A stretch of DNA of 64,000 nucleotides, taken from an archaeon (lineage in GTDB: Archaea; Thermoplasmatota; Thermoplasmata; Methanomassiliicoccales; Methanomethylophilaceae). A program made the position numbers and the translations under genes. Location of the stretch: contig JAKSHX010000001.1 of the NCBI GenBank assembly GCA_024399155.1, forward strand, positions 33,116 to 97,115. The letters are read 5' to 3'. The notes beneath the pieces were generated by a model. That model was not told the origin of the DNA, searched no databases, and worked only from the letters and a program-made list of their open reading frames with translations. This document shows, one piece after another, positions 10,617-19,862 of the stretch; within the stretch, counting starts at the first letter, position 1; the number at the start of each line of letters is the position of its first letter.

Positions 10617-11530
10617 TGAATGGTGTATTTACACAAGGCACAGGAACTGTAGATGATCCATACTTTATTGAGGATGTTTATGATTTCTGTGCAGTAAAAA
10701 ATAATGATGATGGAACAACTACATATTATAAGCTTACAAGAAATATTAACTTTAATGATCATGTTAATTATAAGAGTGGTATATCAGTTAGGGTTTTTAG
10801 TGCTAATAAAGCAATAATCGACTGTGACGGAAAAGAAATAAGGAACATAGTTAATAAATATGCAAATACAGTTTTTTCATTCAGTAAAATTATAAATGGC
10901 AGTCTGCCCAATATCGTTTTGCAAACTGGTGAAGCTGCAAACTATGGTTTGTTTCAGGGCACTTTTGAAAATTGTTCTTTATCGGTTATGCTTTCAAATG
11001 CGTATCCATGTGGATTGGGTTCGAGTACGACATATTTTAAAAATTGTACAGTTAATTTTGGTGGAGCAAGTTACGGCGGCGGTTATGCAATGTATTTTAC
11101 TCGATTAAATTTTGAAAGATGTCACATTCATTTTGATAATGCTGCAATTGATTATTTTGAATATGGATGTATCAGAAGTGGTACATTTAATAACGTGTAT
11201 TTTACAGGTAAGATAACTGCAAGAAATGTTTCCAGTAATAATAAAGTTTATCCTATTTATAGTGCAACCTTTTCTAATATCTTTTTTGCAATTGATATTA
11301 CTGGTTACTATAATACAAATAACGAAATTTTTGATATTTCCAGTAGCGGTTCAAGTAATACCAATATTTTCATTAAGGATATCATAAGAAACGGTAAGGA
11401 AGGAACAACTTGGTCATATAGCACAGAAGCTTCAAGAAATAAATGGATATCTACCGAACAAGCTTTAACACCGGGATATCTCCCAAGTATCGGATTCCCT
11501 GTAATTCAGGCTGGTGATCCACTTGGCTAA
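10616..11530 (+). CDS. Hypothetical tail/baseplate-associated protein
   Basis: 304 aa. The N-terminus GTGTVDDPYFIEDVYDF resembles starts of beta-helix tail accessory proteins. Position is between Tal and the fibres. Confidence 0.45.
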   Translation: MNGVFTQGTGTVDDPYFIEDVYDFCAVKNNDDGTTTYYKLTRNINFNDHVNYKSGISVRVFSANKAIIDCDGKEIRNIVNKYANTVFSFSKIINGSLPNIVLQTGEAANYGLFQGTFENCSLSVMLSNAYPCGLGSSTTYFKNCTVNFGGASYGGGYAMYFTRLNFERCHIHFDNAAIDYFEYGCIRSGTFNNVYFTGKITARNVSSNNKVYPIYSATFSNIFFAIDITGYYNTNNEIFDISSSGSSNTNIFIKDIIRNGKEGTTWSYSTEASRNKWISTEQALTPGYLPSIGFPVIQAGDPLG

Positions 11531-11948
11531 TAATGAAGTTTTTTATCAGGATTTTGTAACAAATGATGGTTATCCATTTATAGAAGCTCTTCCTGAGAGG
11601 ATTGTTTTTAATGAACCAATTCCATATATAGCTTATAACCAAGATTATGGATATCCTTATTTTAAAGGATTACCGCCATTCTTAGGTTTTAATTCGCCTT
11701 ACCCAGAAAGTTATTATGCTCAAGACTTTGTAACCAATAATGGATATCCATTCTTTGATCTGCCGAAAATGATTGATGTAATGTCAAGACCAGTTCCGTC
11801 CATCTTCTACAAGCCGAATACGGCAAAGAAAACAACTCACATAATAACAATCTCAAAGCAAGATGAATATAAGGTTGTAGTGCCAAGTTATAAAGTTCAG
11901 ACAATTACAATTGCACAACATAAACAGCAATTTATTTCTATGATATGA
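11514..11948 (+). CDS. Hypothetical protein with internal DFVTN[DN]GYPF repeat
   Basis: GTG/TTG start. Two internal repeats: YQDFVTNDGYPFIEALP and AQDFVTNNGYPFFDLP. Confidence 0.45.
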   Translation: MIHLANNEVFYQDFVTNDGYPFIEALPERIVFNEPIPYIAYNQDYGYPYFKGLPPFLGFNSPYPESYYAQDFVTNNGYPFFDLPKMIDVMSRPVPSIFYKPNTAKKTTHIITISKQDEYKVVVPSYKVQTITIAQHKQQFISMI

Positions 11949-11957
11949 GGTGATTAC

Positions 11958-12209
11958 ATGAAAATTTCTAAGGGAACGATTATTAGAACAGTATGTCTTT
12001 TACTTGCTCTGATCAACATAACTCTTGAGACGTTCGGTAAAAGAATTATTCCTATCAGCGATGAACAAGTTAGTGAAGTTATATCTGTAATCTTTACAAT
12101 AGTAACATCTCTGACTGCTGCATGGAAGAATAACTCATTTACTGAGGAAGCTATCAAGGCTGATGAATATCTGAGAGAGCTGAAAGAAGGTGCTGATAAT
12201 GGAGATTGA
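11958..12209 (+). CDS. Holin, SPP1-holin family
   Basis: 83 aa with two TM segments. Signature GTIIRTV.LLLALIN...FTIVTSLTAAWKNNSFTEEA matches my recollection of the SPP1-type holin consensus (..WWKNNSFT..). Confidence 0.8.
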   Translation: MKISKGTIIRTVCLLLALINITLETFGKRIIPISDEQVSEVISVIFTIVTSLTAAWKNNSFTEEAIKADEYLRELKEGADNGD

Positions 12210-12552
12210 TGACAAAGATGTAATCAAGGCAATCTATCACTTAGAACAGCACGACAAAGAGATTGCAGAGGTAAAAGAAAATATAAAAGAGCTACAGGAA
12301 AAAACTCAGTTACTCGCTGAACTTTCATACTCGATTAAGACTTTGGCAGAGAATGTTAAAGATGTCAAGGAAACTGTTATGGATATTAAATCTGAGCAGA
12401 CTAATATGAAAGATGAGATAACTGATCTTAAACAGATACCTTCACAGAATAAAGCTAAGACATTTGATAAGGTTATCATTGGTATCGCAGCTGCAATTGG
12501 TGGCGGTATTCTTGCATATTTATTAAAGGTTTTATTCCCTACTGTATTTTAA
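12199..12552 (+). CDS. XhlA-like lysis accessory protein (coiled coil plus C-terminal TM)
   Basis: ATG 12199 with RBS GAAGGTG, overlapping the holin 3' end. Long coiled coil followed by C-terminal TM IIGIAAAIGGGILAYLLKVLF. Confidence 0.5.
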   Translation: MEIDDKDVIKAIYHLEQHDKEIAEVKENIKELQEKTQLLAELSYSIKTLAENVKDVKETVMDIKSEQTNMKDEITDLKQIPSQNKAKTFDKVIIGIAAAIGGGILAYLLKVLFPTVF

Positions 12553-12564
12553 GAGGTGATATAA

Positions 12565-12861
12565 ATGACAAGAAATATATATTCAAAAGTAATTTTTGAA
12601 AATGGTACGGCAGAAGTACTTGAAACATACGGTGCTGAACAGATTAAGATTCAGGGCATTGGTTCTGGCACATACACGATCAAGGGTAGACTCTCCGCTG
12701 ATTGTGCATGGGATACAATCTGTGCTATTAAGGCTTCAGACTTTAGTAAAGGTTCTGCTGTTAATGATACAAGTGTATGGATAGCTGATGTATCTGGATA
12801 CTCACACGTAACAGTTAGCGCATCAGGTTATACAAAGATTTATGCAACAATACTTGGATGA
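12565..12861 (+). CDS. Hypothetical small beta-rich protein
   Basis: 98-aa ORF with RBS AAGAGGTGA, immediately upstream of the fibre gene. Confidence 0.5.
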   Translation: MTRNIYSKVIFENGTAEVLETYGAEQIKIQGIGSGTYTIKGRLSADCAWDTICAIKASDFSKGSAVNDTSVWIADVSGYSHVTVSASGYTKIYATILG

Positions 12862-12873
12862 GAGGTGAAGTAA

Positions 12874-15800
12874 ATGGCAACAGATATTATAGCAAGAGCG
12901 TTAGCTGCTAATGGTGGTGGTGGCGGAGAACCAGTTGATGCCTATACCAAAGCAGAGACTAACGACCTTCTTGCGACTAAAGCAGATAAAAATACTTCAT
13001 ACACAAAAACAGAAGTAAATAATCTTCTTGCAGAAAAAGAAGATAATATTCTTTCATTCGATACATGGGCAGAATATAATGCGGTAAAAGATACAATTCC
13101 AGCTGATACATACTTCGTTATTAAAGAAGACGAACAGGAAAATCCTATTCCATCGCACAATAGTCTGATGAATAGAGACGCTAATGAATGTCATCCTATA
13201 AATGCTATCACTGGATTACAGGCAGAGCTTGACAAGAAAACAGATGCAACTGATACTGATGTGCTTAAAGCGAGAGTGGATCAAATTGTAGGCGAAGTTC
13301 CTCCGGGAAGTGCTGACGAGATCGCTGATGCAAGAGTAATGGTAGATGGTAAAACATCTCAGAATCTGGGAGATGCAATTCGTACTCAGGTTTCGGGGCT
13401 AAAGGAAACTATTGCGGAATTTAAGAAGTTTGTTATTGAAACTGATACCGTTGCGGACTGGGAACAAGGTGCAATATCAACATCAAACGGTAGTGATACA
13501 GACAGCAACACGCGTGTTCGTACAAAGTTTATACTCGTTACAAGCGCGTCTTGCATTAAGATCAAAATGAATCACAACACAAAGAAATTCCGTGTATATT
13601 ATTATGACGAAAAATATAATTTCGTATCAAGTGATAATTGGTATAACGCAGCTGATACATTTATGATTCAGAGTGATGATATCAAGTATATAAGACTTGT
13701 TGCGGCTAACAACACGGATTCTGACGTTAATCCGACAAGCATTAATATCAGCGTTAACATCAATAAAAACAGTAATATTAATGATATTAGCTGGGAATAT
13801 GGTGCCATTGGTTCAGCAGATGGATTAAATAATTCAGCATATGCTAACAGGATTAGAACTGCTGATTATATCGAATTGACCGATTCACTGAAAATTTCTA
13901 ACAGTAATTCAGATTTATCTATATATATGCTGTTCTACGACGCAGATAAGCATTATATTTCAAACAGAACGTGGGATAATAATAAGAGCATCAAAGTTTA
14001 TGAAGTAGTTCCTGACAATTCACGTTATATCAGATTCGCTGTTAAGTATAACGATGACAGAGATATCAATTATCTTGCAGAGTGCGCAGATTCAATCAGA
14101 CTTGATTATTCTGTGTTAGAAGTTGACACAAATGCATTAAATCTCAAAGCAAAAGAAATAGGACTTCCAGAAAACTTTTATTTCGTTGACCACGATGGAA
14201 TATCTCAGACTTTCGATCATATCAACACAGAATACACAAATAACGGTTCTTCACTTGCATATTTCTCAAACATCATCAAACTGCCGAAATACTTAGCATT
14301 CAACATACCGTCAGGACATATTCTTCAGCTATATGTTGTAAAGAAAACAACAACAGGTAATTATGTAGTTGATACAAGTTATAATATATGCGAGAACGAT
14401 GGAGTAATCAACAAGTTTACAAGCAATGATTCATGCGCCATTACTTCAAACGGAAATCTTTATTTCTATTATAGATTCTACAACGAATCAGGTACATCTA
14501 ATAGGACGTTATCAATGATAGGTTGCGACAACTGGGTTGATTCTGTTAAGCCTATGTTTTATTGGGGGCAGAAACCAGAAGGTGGAACAGGCTTGCCTGA
14601 GTTCGATGGATATTCTTCGCTTGTTGTGCCTAAGCAGCATGGTAAAAGCACATTTTACGCTGTTAAACCGATTAACTCGAACAATACTCTTGGATTATTC
14701 AGATCGTTGTCATACGATAATGATGCTGAAGACAATTACAACAGACGTGCTAATTCGTCGTTTGGGTTCTTAAATAATAGCAATGTTATGCTGTTCAGGA
14801 CTGATGCCGACATGACTACTGATGATTATGATGTATATGTAGACTATGACGTTACTGATTCATTACTACATTCATCACGTCAGGCTGATGTTATCAATAA
14901 ACTCAACAATTTTAAATGGATATGCAAAGCACCAGTTGAATTCGCTGGAAACACAGATACAAGCAAGACTGACAAGATGTTTGCTGTCGGAAAAACATAC
15001 AGAGGTGTTCCGTACAGCAGCAACTGGAAAGAAGCTTCGTTTGTAGGAATTGAAATATCTCTTGAAACTGCATTGAATGCGTCTAATGATGAATTTTCTT
15101 GTTGGTACGACAAAGATATGCAGGTATTTGGAAAAGGCACAGGATATGGATTCGTGTGTTCTGCATATGCTTCATTCGTTGCCGGATGCGACTATCCTCA
15201 GACTAATCAGGGATTTTCGTGGGACGAAAATTTCGAGATCTATCGTTCAGCTGTTCCGACGGTCGGTAGTATATATAGCAATATATATGATGAAAAGAAC
15301 AACGGCAGCAATACTCACTGTGTTTTTGTAAAAGCAAATATCAAAGATGGATATGTACTTTCTGAAGCAATGAGTCCGGTTAGCTGTGACACAATCAGAA
15401 CTGTAGGAAACAGAGACTTTCCTTCATTCCCTAACGGATATAGGCTTAACACATTAAATACATATCTCAGAGAGTACGGCTGGAACTGTGAGATCAGACA
15501 TAGATATGGATTCGACAGCAATAGTCACGTATTTCTCAACACAGATTTCACTGTAGTTAGCGGCTCGGTAAGACCTTGGCGAGGTAACAAGTGCGTTTAT
15601 GGTCCATATGACAAGTCCGGAAACGGTCACGGAATCAAGATAACAATACATGATAACGCGACAATTGCATACATGAAAACGCCAAGCGGCAGAGTAATTA
15701 ACTATCAAGTATCTGGCAGAAACGTCATTGATGTTGCAGTTGATGTAACCGAAGACGGCATCTACGAATTATACTCAGATGTTTCGAACGTCAAAGAGTA

Positions 15801-16077
15801 TTTTAAGTACCGTGTGCATGAAGATGTTACAGTAACAATAGCTGAAGATGGCAGTGTAACATTCAGCCATGACGATATTGATTACTGCTATGCTAATCAT
15901 GCAATTGGATACGGAAAAGGTCTTGATTATCTTGGTGATCACGACGGAGATATCTGTATAGCTAACACAGCAACACATCCGTCATGCAGATACAAAGGCT
16001 TTGCGTTGACGGATGTAGGTGCTGCATTAGCGTATGATGAATGGGGAATGTATAACGTAATCTGTACAATCGGATAG
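12874..16077 (+). CDS. Tail fibre / receptor-binding protein 1
   Basis: 1067 aa. Gly-rich N-terminus and repeated TK[AT]E.N.LL heptads. Fibre anchor motif EIADARVMVDGKTSQNLGDAIRTQVSGLKETI. Large beta-rich C-terminus with a possible Cys-peptidase-like patch GVPYSS...GYGFVCSAYASFV. Confidence 0.75.
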   Translation: MATDIIARALAANGGGGGEPVDAYTKAETNDLLATKADKNTSYTKTEVNNLLAEKEDNILSFDTWAEYNAVKDTIPADTYFVIKEDEQENPIPSHNSLMNRDANECHPINAITGLQAELDKKTDATDTDVLKARVDQIVGEVPPGSADEIADARVMVDGKTSQNLGDAIRTQVSGLKETIAEFKKFVIETDTVADWEQGAISTSNGSDTDSNTRVRTKFILVTSASCIKIKMNHNTKKFRVYYYDEKYNFVSSDNWYNAADTFMIQSDDIKYIRLVAANNTDSDVNPTSINISVNINKNSNINDISWEYGAIGSADGLNNSAYANRIRTADYIELTDSLKISNSNSDLSIYMLFYDADKHYISNRTWDNNKSIKVYEVVPDNSRYIRFAVKYNDDRDINYLAECADSIRLDYSVLEVDTNALNLKAKEIGLPENFYFVDHDGISQTFDHINTEYTNNGSSLAYFSNIIKLPKYLAFNIPSGHILQLYVVKKTTTGNYVVDTSYNICENDGVINKFTSNDSCAITSNGNLYFYYRFYNESGTSNRTLSMIGCDNWVDSVKPMFYWGQKPEGGTGLPEFDGYSSLVVPKQHGKSTFYAVKPINSNNTLGLFRSLSYDNDAEDNYNRRANSSFGFLNNSNVMLFRTDADMTTDDYDVYVDYDVTDSLLHSSRQADVINKLNNFKWICKAPVEFAGNTDTSKTDKMFAVGKTYRGVPYSSNWKEASFVGIEISLETALNASNDEFSCWYDKDMQVFGKGTGYGFVCSAYASFVAGCDYPQTNQGFSWDENFEIYRSAVPTVGSIYSNIYDEKNNGSNTHCVFVKANIKDGYVLSEAMSPVSCDTIRTVGNRDFPSFPNGYRLNTLNTYLREYGWNCEIRHRYGFDSNSHVFLNTDFTVVSGSVRPWRGNKCVYGPYDKSGNGHGIKITIHDNATIAYMKTPSGRVINYQVSGRNVIDVAVDVTEDGIYELYSDVSNVKEYFKYRVHEDVTVTIAEDGSVTFSHDDIDYCYANHAIGYGKGLDYLGDHDGDICIANTATHPSCRYKGFALTDVGAALAYDEWGMYNVICTIG

Positions 16078-16136
16078 TTGCATACATTCTTTATCATAAT
16101 GTTGTTAAATTTTTATGATAATTTGAACACATTTTC

Positions 16137-16178
16137 GACAGCCGCTTAGTTGGCTGTCAAGGCAAGTTTTGCTTTTTT
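16137..16178 (+). terminator. Terminator region after RBP1
   Basis: GACAGCC-N8-GGCTGTC stem, then a GCAA-GTT-TTGC mini-hairpin followed by TTTTTT. Confidence 0.5.
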
Positions 16179-16184
16179 AAAATG

Positions 16185-16199
16185 TAATAGCAGCCTATT
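16185..16199 (+). repeat. 15-bp direct repeat TAATAGCAGCCTATT (copy 1)
   Basis: Identical 15-mer at 19795-19809. Both copies lie just downstream of an RBP gene stop codon. Confidence 0.5.
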
Positions 16200-16216
16200 G
16201 CCACGAAACTAAATAC

Positions 16217-16248
16217 AAAAAAATAAGAGGGACAACCTCGTCCCTCTT
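16217..16248 (-). terminator. Rho-independent terminator of the RHH gene
   Basis: Minus strand: AAGAGGGAC-N6-GTCCCTCTT stem followed by a U run (A7 on the plus strand at 16217-16223). Confidence 0.7.
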
Positions 16249-16251
16249 CCA

Positions 16252-16428
16252 TTAATATCCGTTTTTTGCCAAATACTCTTCCAGTGCCTTTTTGATTATC
16301 CATGACTTTGCTCTATCTTCTTCTTCGGAAAACTTGTTGAGCCGTGCATAAATTTCAGGCGGAAGAGATATATTGAATTTTTTAAATGGCTCTCGTTCGG
16401 TATCAGGTCTTCCCTGTGATCCTTTCAT
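16252..16428 (-). CDS. Ribbon-helix-helix (CopG/Arc-like) DNA-binding protein, 58 aa
   Basis: Below the ORF-track cutoff; hand translated as MKGSQGRPDTEREPFKKFNISLPPEIYARLNKFSEEEDRAKSWIIKKALEEYLAKNGY. Has a beta-strand (FNISLP) plus two-helix RHH pattern. RBS AAGGAG. Confidence 0.65.
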   Translation of the reverse strand: MKGSQGRPDTEREPFKKFNISLPPEIYARLNKFSEEEDRAKSWIIKKALEEYLAKNGY

Positions 16429-16459
16429 AACAACACTCCTTTCCTATCTATTATAATAT

Positions 16460-16508
16460 TTAGATACACCAATGTCTACTGATATTATGCACAATTAATT
16501 AGATACAC
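16460..16508. promoter_or_regulatory. Two direct TTAGATACAC repeats in the divergent RHH/recombinase promoter region (candidate operator)
   Basis: TTAGATACAC at 16460-16469 and 16499-16508, lying between divergent genes. Confidence 0.45.
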
Positions 16509-16526
16509 TATTGTATATAATTAGTC

Positions 16527-16556
16527 TTGAGTTAGCATAACTACGTATGTTATAAT
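16527..16556 (+). promoter_or_regulatory. Sigma70-type promoter for the recombinase
   Basis: TTGAGT, 18-nt spacer, TATAAT, about 30 nt upstream of the RBS. Confidence 0.5.
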
Positions 16557-16588
16557 AGTCACAACAAAGGAAATAAGGAGTGACTATT

Positions 16589-17581
16589 ATGTCGAACTGT
16601 AAAGAAACAATACTGATGAAGATGAAAGCTCGATTAATTGATGCTGATTATACACCAGAGCAGATACGGTCTATTACAGATATGTTGATCTTTGAAATGG
16701 CTGACTTCGATGTTGTAGCTCAGACAAGAGAAATAGTTCCATATGATTCTGAAACAGATAATCTGATTAAGCTGTATCAGGCAGTATTATTAACTCAAGG
16801 ACTTGTTCCGGGTACAGTTGCGAACTATACTTTTGCACTTAATAATTTCAGAGCATCATTGAACAAATCGCTAACCGAAGCAACCCCTCTGGATATACGT
16901 ATGTGGTTAGCACAAGATCAAACGAGAGTTTCATTAAGGACTTCTGACGGTCACAGAACAGCACTCTTATGTTTCTACAACTGGCTTGTATCAGAAAAGA
17001 TAATTACGTCAAATCCAATGACTCCTATTAAGCCAATAAAGTACCCAGAGGAAATTAAACTGCCCTTCTCTGACATTGAGGTTGAGTTACTGAGAAACAA
17101 CTGTAAGTCACTGAGAGAAAAAGCTGAAATCGAACTCTTATTAAGCACGGGACTACGTGTGAGCGAAATGTGTAATCTGGATAAGAAAGATATTGATTTC
17201 CACAGTAATAAGATTCACGTACACTTAGGCAAAGGGCGTAAAGACAGAATAATTTATATGAGTAATGTTGCAGCTATGCATCTGAAGAATTACTTAGATT
17301 CAAGAAAAGACACGGCAGAATGTTTGTTTTACACTAAGTTCAGAACAAGACTAACTGATAAAGCGTGTCAAGATGATCTTAAAAAGATCGGTAAAAGAGC
17401 TGGTGTTAGTGATGCTCACCCACACAGATGCCGACATACCTTTGCTACAGTTTCATATGAAAAAGGTATGGATATAAGAACGATACAAGTTCTGATGGGG
17501 CACGCTAATATAAATCAAACAATGAAATACATAACTACAAGTATGACTCATGTAGAAAATGAATGCAAAAGATTTTTGTAA
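16589..17581 (+). CDS. Tyrosine recombinase, XerC/XerD-like
   Basis: Catalytic boxes STGLRVSEMCNL (R), HPHRCRHTFAT (H-x-x-R) and LMGHANINQTMKY (H..Y). N-terminal SAM-like core-binding region. ATG 16589 with AAGGAG. Confidence 0.85.
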   Translation: MSNCKETILMKMKARLIDADYTPEQIRSITDMLIFEMADFDVVAQTREIVPYDSETDNLIKLYQAVLLTQGLVPGTVANYTFALNNFRASLNKSLTEATPLDIRMWLAQDQTRVSLRTSDGHRTALLCFYNWLVSEKIITSNPMTPIKPIKYPEEIKLPFSDIEVELLRNNCKSLREKAEIELLLSTGLRVSEMCNLDKKDIDFHSNKIHVHLGKGRKDRIIYMSNVAAMHLKNYLDSRKDTAECLFYTKFRTRLTDKACQDDLKKIGKRAGVSDAHPHRCRHTFATVSYEKGMDIRTIQVLMGHANINQTMKYITTSMTHVENECKRFL

Positions 17582-17607
17582 GGGAGCTGTAATATGCTCC
17601 CTTTTTC
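17582..17607 (+). terminator. Terminator after the recombinase
   Basis: GGGAGC-N8-GCTCCC followed by TTTTTC. Confidence 0.65.
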
Positions 17608-17631
17608 TATACTATAAAGAGGTGAAAATAA

Positions 17632-19791
17632 ATGAGTATAAATAAAAAGAATTCCGATGGCTCTTATAGTCAGTTTGCTGGTATGCCATATGTTACTAAA
17701 GACAATATTGGATTAAGTAAAGTTGAGAATAAGAACTCAGAGGATATCAGAGGTGAAATCACCTCTAAGAATATAAAGGACGCATTAGGATATACACCAG
17801 CTAATGACGTAGACGAAAAGAAATCTCAGAATGATATAGCAGTTCTCTCTTCAAGAATGGATGGGTTTACAAAGCTTGGCGAAGGTAGCACAACTGGAGA
17901 CGCAGAGCTTGAGGATATAAGAGTTGCGTATGATGGTAAGACATATAGTAACGCCGGAACAGCAGTACGTTCTCAAGTTTCAGACCTTAAGGAAACTATG
18001 GACACGATTTCTGATGCGTTATACATCGACAACGTAACAGATGACAAGACTACATACAATAGTGATACAATTGGTAATGTACGACTTTTTCTTGCAACAA
18101 TTGCAAATGCGTGTACAGTTGACTTATCGGTTGGATATAACGCATCGTATGATGATTTTACAATTGTCATTGAGTTATGGCACAAGTCCGGTAGTGATTA
18201 TATTAAGTATGCGGAATACAGAACAACGACAATTAAAGGGGAATCAACTGCCAACATCAAAAAGATTTCCGCTGAAGCAGATACATACATCACTGTTAAG
18301 TCGGAAAATGCGAGTGGCAGCAAGCCATTTAGATATGGATTATATGCTGATGCTCCGAAAATTAGAGTGTCAAATACATTAACGGGAAATGTTATATCAG
18401 ATGCAAGAGACACATCTATATCTGGATATTGCTGTTATAAGACTGTATGCTACAATCTTTTTGATGTTTCAGAAATCAGCGAAGCAGCAAACGCAGCTTT
18501 AACAAAGTCAACAAATCTCGAATCTGAAGTTGATGAAATCAAAGATACGTTATATACAGAAACTGAAGAAGATAAACTGTCATATAACGAAAACTCTGCA
18601 AATAATGCAAGAGCTTTTATTGCAAAAGCGAATGATGGATGTGTGTACTTATCTGTTGGATATAATGCTGTATATGATCCTTATGATCTCGTTGCGGAGC
18701 TCTGGCATAAAAACGGGAATTCTTACACCAAGTATTCCGAAAAATCTGTAAGAACTCAGAAAAGTGACGGGAAAGGTATTGCAGATTTCGAAAAAATTGA
18801 AATTTCTGGCGAAACATACATATCAATTACAGCACGAAACATTACCGGATCAAAACCGCTGCTTTACAGCGAAGATGCCGCTGCGCCATATCTTACTGTA
18901 TCGACATCACTTGACGGAGATACAGTTACAGTTAAGCAGACATCAATACGAGGATACTACAGTTACAAGATCAAAAAGATCGAATCTAAGGCAACTGCAA
19001 AGAAAACTGCATATATCGTCGTTGACATTAACGGCAATGGAGATTATGACAACCTCAACGCAGCCATTAATGATAATGCAGAAGGTAAAGTAATATATCT
19101 GATGCCGGGCACATACGAGGTCGAACCAATCCGAAGCGGTGACAAGGCAATAAGGATTATCGGAACAGACAAGACAGCTTGTAAGATTGTCAACTACGAC
19201 GGTCGTTATAGATATCCTCCAATTGAGGTCAGCGTAGGTTATTTCGAAAACATCACAATTGCTGCGGAATATGTTGAGGGAAAATCTCAGGAAATCGGCA
19301 CTGGTCAGGGCGCATATGCAGTACACGTTGAAGACGAATTTTCGAAAGGAAAAACTCTTGAATTCCATAATTGCGTATTATATTCCGACTTTTCATGTGC
19401 AATCGGAATTGGTTTGAGAAAGGAACAGACAGTAATACTTGATAATGTGACAATGGAAAATGCACAGATTGTCGGCAGAGGTATATATACTGATAACGGA
19501 TCATTAGGTGCGCTGGTATTTCATGACAGCATCGGCGAAGGCGGAAACAGTTACATAACAGTTAAAGATTGTCTGCTGAAATCATCACTTGGAAATTCAA
19601 TTGCACCGAGCTGGACGGGAAATCCTGAAAGCGGCGTAAACAAAGTATATTGTACATTTATCAACAATACTTTATATGACAAGATTCACAGGTATAGCAA
19701 CAACGTGTGGCTAAGGAATAACCCATTTGAAAATGGATTTGAATTTGATGTTGCTTACGGAAACTCAGCTTCAGAGCTTAACGATAATTAA
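17632..19791 (+). CDS. Tailspike / receptor-binding protein 2 with beta-helix (pectate-lyase-like) C-terminal domain
   Basis: Shares the anchor motif ELEDIRVAYDGKTYSNAGTAVRSQVSDLKETM with RBP1. Two internal homologous about 230-aa modules (..VELWHKSGSDYIKY.. / ..AELWHKNGNSYTKY..). C-terminus TAYIVVDINGNGDYDNLNAAINDNAEGKVIYLMPGTYEV is typical of right-handed beta-helix depolymerases. Confidence 0.75.
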   Translation: MSINKKNSDGSYSQFAGMPYVTKDNIGLSKVENKNSEDIRGEITSKNIKDALGYTPANDVDEKKSQNDIAVLSSRMDGFTKLGEGSTTGDAELEDIRVAYDGKTYSNAGTAVRSQVSDLKETMDTISDALYIDNVTDDKTTYNSDTIGNVRLFLATIANACTVDLSVGYNASYDDFTIVIELWHKSGSDYIKYAEYRTTTIKGESTANIKKISAEADTYITVKSENASGSKPFRYGLYADAPKIRVSNTLTGNVISDARDTSISGYCCYKTVCYNLFDVSEISEAANAALTKSTNLESEVDEIKDTLYTETEEDKLSYNENSANNARAFIAKANDGCVYLSVGYNAVYDPYDLVAELWHKNGNSYTKYSEKSVRTQKSDGKGIADFEKIEISGETYISITARNITGSKPLLYSEDAAAPYLTVSTSLDGDTVTVKQTSIRGYYSYKIKKIESKATAKKTAYIVVDINGNGDYDNLNAAINDNAEGKVIYLMPGTYEVEPIRSGDKAIRIIGTDKTACKIVNYDGRYRYPPIEVSVGYFENITIAAEYVEGKSQEIGTGQGAYAVHVEDEFSKGKTLEFHNCVLYSDFSCAIGIGLRKEQTVILDNVTMENAQIVGRGIYTDNGSLGALVFHDSIGEGGNSYITVKDCLLKSSLGNSIAPSWTGNPESGVNKVYCTFINNTLYDKIHRYSNNVWLRNNPFENGFEFDVAYGNSASELNDN

Positions 19792-19794
19792 CAA

Positions 19795-19809
19795 TAATAG
19801 CAGCCTATT
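19795..19809 (+). repeat. 15-bp direct repeat TAATAGCAGCCTATT (copy 2)
   Basis: Starts 4 nt after the RBP2 stop codon and is identical to 16185-16199. Confidence 0.5.
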
Positions 19810-19833
19810 TAGAAGTTATGAACAAATTGTTGC

Positions 19834-19862
19834 TTGACAATTTGCATATATGTTGTTAATAT
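19834..19862 (+). promoter_or_regulatory. Near-consensus sigma70 promoter
   Basis: TTGACA (19834-19839), exact 17-nt spacer, TAATAT (19857-19862). No ORF lies downstream. Confidence 0.65.

Noticed and set aside
12874-19791. Mu G-segment/Cin-type invertible tail-fibre switch
   Set aside because: Both RBP genes are complete, lie on the same strand and have their own starts. No inverted repeats flank either gene. The recombinase is a tyrosine type, not a serine invertase.
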